Assembly: GCA_035308525.1 (NCBI GenBank) | Contig: DATGGM010000144.1 | Coordinates: forward strand, 39,600 to 103,599 | Source: Bryobacteraceae bacterium | GTDB lineage: Bacteria; Acidobacteriota; Terriglobia; Bryobacterales; Bryobacteraceae | Direction: 5' to 3' | DNA length: 64,000 bases | Shown: positions 25,271 through 33,581 of the stretch, piece by piece | Position numbering within the stretch: position 1 is the stretch's first letter | How the letters are laid out: every line of letters starts with the position of its first letter | Position numbers and translations under genes: made by a program | Notes under the pieces: generated by a model | What the model was told of the DNA's origin: nothing | The model's input: the letters and a program-made list of their open reading frames with translations, nothing else | Databases searched by the model: none

Positions 25271-28200
25271 ATGAAATCATCAAAGCATACAGGGCGGGCT
25301 GTGGCGCTGCTCTGTGTACTAAGCACGGTGTCAATGGCCGCGACGGACGTCAGAAGTGCGTCCGGAGAAGCAACCGCCCGCGCCTTGGCGAACTACGGCC
25401 GGCTGCCCTTGATATTCGAAGAGAATCGCGGGCAGTCGGATCCGCGCGTGAAGTTTCTATCGCACGGGAATGCTCACTCGGTTCTGTTCGCCCCTTCCCA
25501 GGTCCAGCTGAATCTGCAACCCGCGGGCAAAGCCTCCCGCCAATCCTCCATCCGCATGCGATTCCCGGGCGCCAGCCGATCTCCCGTTTTGACCGGCGGC
25601 GAGCTCCAAAGCGCCGTAAGCAGCTACTTTGTGGGCCACGATCCCTCGAAGTGGGTGTCCGGTACGCCGAACTACCGACGGGTTCGTTATCGAGAGCTGT
25701 ACCCCGGCGTAGACCTGGTGTTTTACGGGAATCAGGGCCAGCTGGAGTACGACTTCGTGGTAGCCCCGGGCGCCAATCCCGCCGCCATCCGCCTGAACTT
25801 TGACGGTGTGAACAGCATGCGTCTGGATTCCGATGGCGATTTGCTGCTCGGCACGGCAAATGGAGAGATCCGCCAGCACAAGCCCATCGTCTATCAGGAA
25901 AGCGCCGGCACGCGCCAAACTATCGCGGGCCGCTACGTGCTCCGGCCGCGCCACCACGTGGCGTTTCAGGTTGCGCGCTACGACCCGCACCTTCCGCTAG
26001 TGATCGACCCCACTCTCTCATTTGCTACGTACCTCGGCTCGCCCGGAGCCGAGGAGTTCGGCATTTCGGCGACGGCCACCACTGCCAGCTATCCGGCGGT
26101 TGCGGTGGACGTGCAAGGAAACGTGTACCTGACCGGATATACCGGCGACGGGACCAGCTTCAGCGGGCACCCTCAGATCCTGACAAGCACCGGCCCCGAA
26201 GCCGGCGGCGGCTCCAAGGTATTTCTGGTCAAAATGAATGCGGCGGGGACCGCATTGTTTTATTCGGTCGTCTTTGGTGGTGGCCTGACCGACGGCGGCG
26301 GCGGAGTCGCGGTGGACGCACAGGGTAATGCCTATGTTACCGGCTTCACTGGCTCCACCAATTTCCCGGTCACCACGGGTGCGCCGCAAACCGCCAACAA
26401 TGGCTCAAATAATGCGTTCGTGACTAAGGTGAATGCCAGCGGAACGGCGCTGCTTTACTCCACCTTCCTGGGCGGAAGCGGCAATTTCTACGGGCGGGCA
26501 ATCGGTGTCGATCATTCCGGCAACGCATACGTTACAGGAACCGCCGCGCCGGCCGGGAGCACACCTTTTCCCGTAGTCAACCCTATCCCGGGTAGTACGG
26601 CATCCTCAGGATTTCTCACGGAGGTCAACGCGGCCGGCACGGCATTCACCTACTCCACCTATCTGCAGGCGGGCATCGGATACGGCATTGCCGTGGATGG
26701 CAGCGCAAATGTTTATGTGGCCGGATCCACCGGAACCGTGCTGTCCCCTTCGCCGGCGCAGGGATACGTTCTGAAAGTTAACGCCGGCGGGACCCGTATC
26801 GATTATGGCCCGGTGCTTCTGGGACACAATACCGTGAGCCAAACCGTCGGCTTCGGAATCGCCGTGGACGCGCTCGGCAGTGCCTATGTAACCGGCATGA
26901 CCAACGATCCGAGCTTTCCGCAACTCAAAAACGCCGCGCAAGCCACGTATGGCGGCGGCTCGTATGACGCCTTCGCGGTCAAGTTGGATTCTGGCGGCAA
27001 TCTGGTTTACGGCACGTACATCGGCGGCCTGGGCGGCAATATTCTCCCGGAACGGGGATCGGGCATTGCAGTGGATGTGCTGGGGAACGCGTATGTGGCC
27101 GGCACCACCCAGTGCATCGGTTTTCCCACCACGAACTCGATTTCCGCGACGCGAAATGGCGGATCTGCCGTACTGATGCACGGCACCGTGCAAGGTGTGA
27201 CTTCAGAGTGGTCCCCCGCCACCCTGGCCGGCAGTTTCGACCAGGTCACCGCGCTGGCCTTCGATTCGAACGGCAACCTGTACGCCGGCGCTAGTGCAGT
27301 CTCCGCCGCTGGCGGTGGGATATACAAGCTGTTGTCCGGCGAGAGCGCTTGGACGTCTGCGTCGAGCGGCATCACTTCGACCACGATCGACTCCATCGCG
27401 GTGGACCCGAACAATGCGTCCGCCGTTTACGCGGCAGGCGGAGGTAACATTTATCAGACCTTCAATGGTGGCGGGAACTGGACCCAACTTCCCCAAGGCA
27501 TCGGTTCTCCCGCTGTTCTGGCGGTTGCCAAGACCAGCCCGTCGACGATCTATGTGGGCACCCCCACGAGTGTAATGTACAGCACAAACGCCGGCTCTAC
27601 CTGGAATAACCCGGTGATTGGGCCGTCCGGTACTATCAATGCCATTGTCGTAGATCCAAATAGTTCCAAAACGGCGTACGCGGGCACCTCCAAGGGCGCA
27701 TATATGACGGTTGATGCCGGCGTCAACTGGACTTTGGTGACCCATCTATCCAACGGTACGCTGGGAGCCGTGACCGGCCTGGCTGTCTACAGCGGCACCA
27801 ACCCGAGCACTGTATTTGCCGCGGCTAGCAACGGATTGTTCTACACCACAAACGCCAGTGCCGGTTGGTCGCCGGTAAGTTTCGCGCCGGGATTCACCGG
27901 GACGCCGCAACTCGTGGCCGTGGATGCCGCCGAAAATGTTTATGTGGCCTTACCAGGATCTGGTATCGTGACTGCCACCGGTGGAGGCACGCTGCAAAGT
28001 GACTGGAGCCCGCTCACCTACAACGGGCTTACCCAAAACCAGATCTTGGCCCTGTCCGTGCCGCCCACAGGGGCAGGAGCTTACGCCGGCATTGTTTCAG
28101 CCACCACGGCGTTCCTGACTGAAATCAGTCCGACCGGAGCATTCCTGTCTTCCACCTGCATTGGCGGATCCGACAACAACATGGGCCAGAGCATAGCGGT

Positions 28201-30040
28201 AACGCCGGGCTTCGTATATGTTTCGGGTCTGACTACCGCCACGAATTTCCCAGCCACCCCAAGCGCTATCCAGACGTCGAACGCCGGGCTCTATGATGCG
28301 TTCGTGATGGGGATCTATACCAATACCGTAATTACCTCATCGCCTGCAGGCGCCTCCATTACGGTGGCGGGAAGCGGCTGCTCTCCCGGACCCTATACAG
28401 CACCCGTGGGCCTTACATGGAATGCGGGAGTTTCTTGTACGGTCACCTTTACTGATCCGCAAAACATCGGCGGTATTGAGTACGAATTCCAATCTTCAAC
28501 CGTGGATGGCAGCGAGATCTCGCACGCCAACCCGATAACTGTTAACTCCGGCAATGGCTTTGTGCAGATTAATGCAACCTTCAGTGCGGTCACCGGTACC
28601 GGACCGGGAATGGCCACGCATTTCTCGGTGGCGGCCCCGTCAAACGCGACGGCGGGGACTCCCATTCAATTTACTGTGACGGCTCTCGATTCCAATAACC
28701 AGACAGCCACGAGCTATACCGATCCGGTGCACTTCACAAGCACGGATCCCGCGGCTACGTTGCCGGGGGATGGCACGTTGACCAATGGCGTAGGAACGTT
28801 CTCGGCGTCACTGGTTACTGAGGGCTCCATCACGATTACGGCCGGGGATTTATTGCAGCCCCTCATTAACGGGACCAGCAACAGCATCACGGTGTCCCTG
28901 TCTACCGCCGGGTTGCGTTTTGTTTCCATGCCTCCCTGCCGCGTGGTGGACACACGCGACAACAGCAAGCCTTCCGGCTTTGGTCCGCCATCCATGACCG
29001 GTGGTACGTCGCGTTCCTTTGCCGTTCCCAACGGACCTTGTGCAGGTATTCCGGGCTCCGCTCAGGCTTATGCACTGAACGTGACGGTGGTGCCCCAGGT
29101 TGAACTGGGCTATCTAACCATATGGCCTACCGGCCAAAACCAGCCACTGGCGTCGACGCTGAATTCCCTGGATGGGCGAATCAAAGCCAACGCGGCGATC
29201 GTGCCGGCAGGGAGCGGCGGGGCTGTTAGCGTCTTTGTGACCGACAACACGGACGTGGTCCTGGACATCAATGGTTACTTTGTGCCGGCTTCGGATTCCA
29301 GCGCATTAGCTTTCTATCCGATGGCTCCCTGCCGGCTGGTGGATACACGGCCGGGCGCGCCGTCCACCGTCATCACCGGACAGTTGGCGGCGGATAGTAC
29401 AACCACGCTGCCAATCCTGTCGAGCACTTGCAACGTACCGTCGGTGGCGCAGGCCTACTCGTTGAACTTCACGCTAGTGCCTCCAGCGCCAGTGGGGTAT
29501 CTGACGGTGTGGCCTACAGGTCAGAGTCAGCCGACTGTATCCACGCTGAACGACCTGACGGGAACGATTGTGGCGAACGCGGCGATAGAGCCGGCGGGAA
29601 CAAGTGGGGATATCAATGTATTTGTGACCAGCGCGACCGATCTGGTGGTGGATATCAACGGGTATTTCGCGCCCCCGGCAACCGGAGGCTTGTCACTGTA
29701 TAACCTGCCGCCGTGCCGGGTGCTGGACACGCGCACGCCTTTGGGTTCTCCGCCGTTCGTGGGGGCAATCAATGTGAACGTGCAGGGGAGCGGATGCGGG
29801 GGAACCGGTGCGGTGCTGGGGTATGTGTTCAATGCCACCGTGGTGCCGGCCGGCCCGCTGGGCTACCTGACATTATGGCCGCAAGGGAGCGCGCAGCCGG
29901 TGGTTTCGACGCTGAACGCGCTGGATGGAGCCATAACCAGCAACATGGCGATCGTACCCACGAACAACACCGATGTCAGTGCCTTTGCTACAAGCACCAC
30001 TTATTTGATCCTCGACATTTTCGGGTATTTTGGACCATAG
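25271..30040 (+). CDS. Giant secreted protein 1: N-terminal conserved domain, SBBP beta-propeller repeats, Asp-box/BNR-like propeller, then the shared C-terminal cassette (InlB-B-repeat-like, Ig-like, 3x unassigned module)
   Basis: ATG 25271 gives MKSSKHTGRAVALLCVLSTVSMAA (an alternative ATG at 25229 is also possible). SBBP-type turns: GNVYLTGYTG, GNAYVTGFTGSTNFPVT, GSAYVTGMTNDPSFPQL. Asp-box-like turns: FNGGGNWT, STNAGSTWN, TVDAGVNWT, TTNASAGWS. Cassette runs from VITSSPAGASITVAGSGC (28328) to the stop. Confidence 0.85.
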   Translation: MKSSKHTGRAVALLCVLSTVSMAATDVRSASGEATARALANYGRLPLIFEENRGQSDPRVKFLSHGNAHSVLFAPSQVQLNLQPAGKASRQSSIRMRFPGASRSPVLTGGELQSAVSSYFVGHDPSKWVSGTPNYRRVRYRELYPGVDLVFYGNQGQLEYDFVVAPGANPAAIRLNFDGVNSMRLDSDGDLLLGTANGEIRQHKPIVYQESAGTRQTIAGRYVLRPRHHVAFQVARYDPHLPLVIDPTLSFATYLGSPGAEEFGISATATTASYPAVAVDVQGNVYLTGYTGDGTSFSGHPQILTSTGPEAGGGSKVFLVKMNAAGTALFYSVVFGGGLTDGGGGVAVDAQGNAYVTGFTGSTNFPVTTGAPQTANNGSNNAFVTKVNASGTALLYSTFLGGSGNFYGRAIGVDHSGNAYVTGTAAPAGSTPFPVVNPIPGSTASSGFLTEVNAAGTAFTYSTYLQAGIGYGIAVDGSANVYVAGSTGTVLSPSPAQGYVLKVNAGGTRIDYGPVLLGHNTVSQTVGFGIAVDALGSAYVTGMTNDPSFPQLKNAAQATYGGGSYDAFAVKLDSGGNLVYGTYIGGLGGNILPERGSGIAVDVLGNAYVAGTTQCIGFPTTNSISATRNGGSAVLMHGTVQGVTSEWSPATLAGSFDQVTALAFDSNGNLYAGASAVSAAGGGIYKLLSGESAWTSASSGITSTTIDSIAVDPNNASAVYAAGGGNIYQTFNGGGNWTQLPQGIGSPAVLAVAKTSPSTIYVGTPTSVMYSTNAGSTWNNPVIGPSGTINAIVVDPNSSKTAYAGTSKGAYMTVDAGVNWTLVTHLSNGTLGAVTGLAVYSGTNPSTVFAAASNGLFYTTNASAGWSPVSFAPGFTGTPQLVAVDAAENVYVALPGSGIVTATGGGTLQSDWSPLTYNGLTQNQILALSVPPTGAGAYAGIVSATTAFLTEISPTGAFLSSTCIGGSDNNMGQSIAVTPGFVYVSGLTTATNFPATPSAIQTSNAGLYDAFVMGIYTNTVITSSPAGASITVAGSGCSPGPYTAPVGLTWNAGVSCTVTFTDPQNIGGIEYEFQSSTVDGSEISHANPITVNSGNGFVQINATFSAVTGTGPGMATHFSVAAPSNATAGTPIQFTVTALDSNNQTATSYTDPVHFTSTDPAATLPGDGTLTNGVGTFSASLVTEGSITITAGDLLQPLINGTSNSITVSLSTAGLRFVSMPPCRVVDTRDNSKPSGFGPPSMTGGTSRSFAVPNGPCAGIPGSAQAYALNVTVVPQVELGYLTIWPTGQNQPLASTLNSLDGRIKANAAIVPAGSGGAVSVFVTDNTDVVLDINGYFVPASDSSALAFYPMAPCRLVDTRPGAPSTVITGQLAADSTTTLPILSSTCNVPSVAQAYSLNFTLVPPAPVGYLTVWPTGQSQPTVSTLNDLTGTIVANAAIEPAGTSGDINVFVTSATDLVVDINGYFAPPATGGLSLYNLPPCRVLDTRTPLGSPPFVGAINVNVQGSGCGGTGAVLGYVFNATVVPAGPLGYLTLWPQGSAQPVVSTLNALDGAITSNMAIVPTNNTDVSAFATSTTYLILDIFGYFGP
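28328..30037 (+). repeat. Shared 3' cassette, copy 1 (570 codons); internal triplicated module at 28910-29302, 29303-29686 and 29687-30037
   Basis: Collinear with 31798-33510 and 35952-37664 at the protein level and largely at the nucleotide level. The internal repeat boundaries were read from GLRFVSMPPCR, ALAFYPMAPCR and GLSLYNLPPCR. Confidence 0.85.
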
Positions 30041-30083
30041 AGTCCTGACTCGGGTTCGAATGCACAGCCGGCCCGCCGCCTTC

Positions 30084-30116
30084 CCCGGCGCTGGGAGCCG
30101 GGTACTGGCGGTACCC
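30084..30116 (+). terminator. Two overlapping GC-rich hairpins downstream of giant protein 1 (possible weak terminator)
   Basis: cccggc-gctggga-gccggg (30084-30102) and gggtac-tggcg-gtaccc (30100-30116) share three G residues, so they are mutually exclusive. No U-tract follows. Confidence 0.2.
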
Positions 30117-30156
30117 GGAGTTTCGAGATAACAGCAGCGTTCACGATCCTGTCTAT

Positions 30157-33100
30157 ATGGGACCCGTTCGAAGGCGTGGCATTAACATGACAACCGGCCG
30201 CTGCTTGCGGCGGCTTTGTCGGGCACTATTGTTGGAATCATGCGGGCTGGCGGCCTTCTTCAACCTGCAGGCACAGGTCAATGTCACCACTTTTCACAAT
30301 GACAATGCCCGCGACGGCCAGAACCTCAGCGAATACGTCCTGACCCCTGCCAATGTCGGCTCGAGTCAATTCGGTCAGCTATTTGTTCAACCCGTGGACG
30401 GAAATGTTTATGCCCAGCCGCTGTACGTCTCCAACGTGCAGATCGCCGGGGCCACGCACAACGTGGTGTACCTGGTCACCGAACATGATAGTGTCTACGC
30501 TTTCGACGCCGACAGTAACTCCGGGCCGAACGCCGGACCGCTGTGGCACGTGAGCTTTATCAACCCGGCGGCCGGAGTCACCACTGTCAACAGTCAGAAC
30601 GATTTGAATTGCCCGAACATTGCCCCGGAAGTAGGCATTACCGGAACGCCGGCTATTGATCTGAGCTCGAACACGCTGTATGTCGTGGCCAAGACAAAGG
30701 AAAACAATACCTTCGTCCAGCGTCTCCATGCTCTGGATATCACCAGCGGAGTGGAGAAGTTCGGCGGGCCGGTAATGATCCAGGCGGTCGTGCCGGGCAC
30801 GGGAGCCGGCAGCAGCGGCGGACAGGTGACCTTCGATCCGCAGTGGGAGAACCAGCGTTCGGGCCTTTTCCTGCTGAACGGCATGGTTTACATTGGCTGG
30901 GCCGCACACTGCGATATCCCTCCGTATCACGGCTGGATGATGGCATATGACGCCCAATCGCTGCAGCAGGTCGCCGTGTGGAATGCCACGCCCAACGGGT
31001 CGGATGGCGGCGTGTGGCAGAGCGGTGCGGCGCCCGCCGTCGACACTGCGGGGAACATCTACCTGGCCACCGGAAACGGAACTTTTGATCTGAATACTGA
31101 CGGCCGGGATGCCGGCGACAGTGTGCTGAGATTCGGGGCCCCCGGCAGCGGCGTCGGTATTCCAATTCTGGACTACTTTACTCCGTACAACCAGGCCACT
31201 CTCAGCGTCGAAGATGCCGACCTTGGATCGGGAGGCGTCATCCTGCTGCCCGACCAGCCGCCAGGATCTCCGCACCAGCACCTGTTGGTCGAAATCGACA
31301 AAGAGGGTTCGGTATATCTGATTAACCGCGATAATATGGGTCACTTCAACGCCGCCAACAATATCCAGATCGTGCAATGGCTGCCCCAAATTCTCGGTGG
31401 CCTCTGGGGAACGCCGGCCTTCTGGAATAACAGGTTCTACGTGGGAGCCAGGAACGATTCCCTGCAGGCTTTTTTGTTTAACGCGAATAACGCCGGCATG
31501 CTGTCGACCTCCCCGATATCGGCCTCTCAGAACACTTTCTACTATCCGGGGACGACGCCGTCGATTTCAGCCAACGGAGACACGAACGCGATAGTGTGGG
31601 CTCTCGACGTGGGCAACAACTCCGCGATACTGCATGCCTATGATGCCACCAACCTCGCCACTGAGCTGTATAACTCGACTCAGAATGGGCCGCCGCCCGG
31701 GCCGTCAATCAACTTCATTGTCCCCACCATCGCCAACGGCAAAGTGTTTGTGGGTACGGCTACCCAGCTGGCGGTCTATGGCCTGCTCACCAATCGCGTC
31801 ACGATTACGTCATCGCCTTCGGGCGCGTCCCTGACGCTGGCGGGAACCGGCTGCGTTCCGGGAATCTACACAACACCGGCGTACCTGACCTGGAGCGCGG
31901 GAGTTTCCTGCACCATCAATTTCACGGACCCACAAAAGATAGCCGGCATGGAATACGAGTTCCAGTCTTCTGGTGTGAATGGCAGCGCGGTGTCTCACGC
32001 CAACCCGCAGATCCTTTATTACGGCGGCGGTACCATGCTGATCAATGCCACTTTCGGTGTGGTTAGTGGCACCGGGCCGGGAACAGCCCAGCATTTCTCG
32101 GTGGTGGCTCCGTCCGTCGCGACGGCGGGGACGCCTGTTCAGTTCACGGTGACGGCATTGGATGGTTCTGGTCATATGGTCACCACCTATACCGACCCGG
32201 TGCACTTTGCCAGTACGGACCCGGCCGCCGTGTTGCCTGGGGATGCCGTGTTGACCAATGGCGTAGGAACATTTTCGGCAGCGTTGCTCACGGCGGGCGT
32301 GGTCACGCTCACAGCCAGCGACTTGTTGTGGCCGGCCATCGCCGGAACCAGCGGCGGTATCGCAGTGTCGCAGTCCACCGCGGGATTGCGTTTCGTTACC
32401 ATGCCTCCCTGCCGCTTGGTGGATACACGGGATAACCTCAAGCCGGGGGGCTTTGGTCCGCCGTCCATCTCCGGAGGCGCGTCGCGTTCCTTCGCCATCC
32501 CTGACGGACCGTGCGCCGGTATCCCTGCCGCGGCCCAGGCTTATTCTCTCAACGTTACGGTGGTGCCGCATGGCGAACTAAGCTATTTGACCGTGTGGCC
32601 CACAGGCCAGAGCCAACCTCTTGTATCCACACTGAATTCTTTGGATGGTCGCATCAAAGCCAACGCCGCCGTCATCTCAGCCGGCACCGCCGGTGCCATA
32701 AGCGTGTTTGCCACCAACAATATGGACCTGGTTTTGGACATCGACGGTTATTTCGTACCCGCCTCGGACTCGGCGGCCTTGGCTTTCTATCCGATGACTC
32801 CCTGCCGGCTGGTGGACACACGGCCGGGTGCGCCGTCCACTATCATCACCGGACGGTTGGCGGCCAATAGCACGACCACGCTGCCGATCCCGTCGAGCAG
32901 TTGCCAGGTTCCGTCGGCGGCGCAGGCCTACTCACTGAACTTCACGTTGGTGCCGCCGGGACCGGTGGCTTATCTGACGGTGTGGCCTACCGGCCAAAGT
33001 CAGCCGATTGTATCCACGCTGAATGACCTGACGGGGACGATCGTGGCGAACGCCGCAATCACTCCGGTGGGGACGGAGGGCGATATCGATGTATTTGTGA

Positions 33101-33513
33101 CCGGCGCGACGGATCTGGTGGTGGATATCAACGGGTATTTCGCGCCTGCGTCAACTGCAGGATTGTCCTTATACACGCTGCCGCCGTGCCGGGTGCTGGA
33201 CACGCGTATGCCGCCGGGTTCCCCGCCTTTCACTGGGGCAATCAATGTGAACGTGGAGGCGAGCGGATGCGGGGGAACCGGTGCGGCGCTGGGGTATGTG
33301 CTCAATGCCTCCGTGGTACCGGCGGGCCTGCTGGGCTACCTGACGTTGTGGCCGCAAGGGAGCCCGCAGCCGGTGGCATCGACGCTGAACGCGCTGGACG
33401 GGGCGATTACCAGCAACATGGCCATCGTGCCCACCGGCAACACGGAAGTCAGCGCGTTTGCCGCGGCCAACACATATCTGATTCTCGACCTGTTTGGCTA
33501 TTTTGCGCCCTAA
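30157..33513 (+). CDS. Giant secreted protein 2: PQQ/BamB-like beta-propeller head plus the shared C-terminal cassette
   Basis: 1118 aa (alternative ATG at 30187: MTTGRCLRRLCRALLLESCGLAAFFNLQAQ). The head starts VTTFHNDNARDGQN...GNVYAQPLYV...VYLVTEHDSVYAFDA, typical of PQQ-like propeller proteins. Cassette runs from VTITSSPSGASLTLAGTGC (31798). Confidence 0.85.
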   Translation: MGPVRRRGINMTTGRCLRRLCRALLLESCGLAAFFNLQAQVNVTTFHNDNARDGQNLSEYVLTPANVGSSQFGQLFVQPVDGNVYAQPLYVSNVQIAGATHNVVYLVTEHDSVYAFDADSNSGPNAGPLWHVSFINPAAGVTTVNSQNDLNCPNIAPEVGITGTPAIDLSSNTLYVVAKTKENNTFVQRLHALDITSGVEKFGGPVMIQAVVPGTGAGSSGGQVTFDPQWENQRSGLFLLNGMVYIGWAAHCDIPPYHGWMMAYDAQSLQQVAVWNATPNGSDGGVWQSGAAPAVDTAGNIYLATGNGTFDLNTDGRDAGDSVLRFGAPGSGVGIPILDYFTPYNQATLSVEDADLGSGGVILLPDQPPGSPHQHLLVEIDKEGSVYLINRDNMGHFNAANNIQIVQWLPQILGGLWGTPAFWNNRFYVGARNDSLQAFLFNANNAGMLSTSPISASQNTFYYPGTTPSISANGDTNAIVWALDVGNNSAILHAYDATNLATELYNSTQNGPPPGPSINFIVPTIANGKVFVGTATQLAVYGLLTNRVTITSSPSGASLTLAGTGCVPGIYTTPAYLTWSAGVSCTINFTDPQKIAGMEYEFQSSGVNGSAVSHANPQILYYGGGTMLINATFGVVSGTGPGTAQHFSVVAPSVATAGTPVQFTVTALDGSGHMVTTYTDPVHFASTDPAAVLPGDAVLTNGVGTFSAALLTAGVVTLTASDLLWPAIAGTSGGIAVSQSTAGLRFVTMPPCRLVDTRDNLKPGGFGPPSISGGASRSFAIPDGPCAGIPAAAQAYSLNVTVVPHGELSYLTVWPTGQSQPLVSTLNSLDGRIKANAAVISAGTAGAISVFATNNMDLVLDIDGYFVPASDSAALAFYPMTPCRLVDTRPGAPSTIITGRLAANSTTTLPIPSSSCQVPSAAQAYSLNFTLVPPGPVAYLTVWPTGQSQPIVSTLNDLTGTIVANAAITPVGTEGDIDVFVTGATDLVVDINGYFAPASTAGLSLYTLPPCRVLDTRMPPGSPPFTGAINVNVEASGCGGTGAALGYVLNASVVPAGLLGYLTLWPQGSPQPVASTLNALDGAITSNMAIVPTGNTEVSAFAAANTYLILDLFGYFAP
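31798..33510 (+). repeat. Shared 3' cassette, copy 2 (571 codons); internal modules at 32383-32775, 32776-33159 and 33160-33510
   Basis: The 35-nt string gatctggtggtggatatcaacgggtatttcgcgcc is identical at 33112-33146 and 29639-29673. I count 19 differences in the last 117 aa against copy 1. Confidence 0.85.
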
Positions 33514-33581
33514 GACCAGGATTACGCGGAACCTGAGGTGTAAGCCCTAAAGAGATCTGGTGAAATTACCGATCTAGTGGC

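Noticed and set aside
27200-27900. Annotating the Asp-box region of giant protein 1 as a sialidase or GH74-type glycoside hydrolase
   Set aside because: Only the structural Asp-box turns (S/T-x-D/N-x-G-x-x-W) are visible, and I saw no catalytic motif such as (F)RIP. Asp-box propellers occur in many non-enzymatic proteins.
29950-30040. A PEP-CTERM/exosortase, LPXTG or similar C-terminal sorting signal on the three giant proteins, prompted by the AsnB-type amidotransferase, EPS sugar transferase and beta-barrel that often accompany exosortase systems
   Set aside because: All three proteins end ...LILD(I/L/V)FGYF(G/A)P, with no PEP motif, no TM helix and no basic tail. No exosortase gene is visible in the window.
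29713-30048. Alternative-frame ORFs that recur in all three cassettes (29713-30048, 33186-33536, 37412-37624; and on the minus strand 28714-29031, 32187-32498, 36335-36676) as possible conserved overprinted genes
   Set aside because: Their conservation is the automatic by-product of nucleotide-level conservation of the cassette. Their composition is shadow-like (Arg/Gly/Cys/His-rich), and they lack start-site context.
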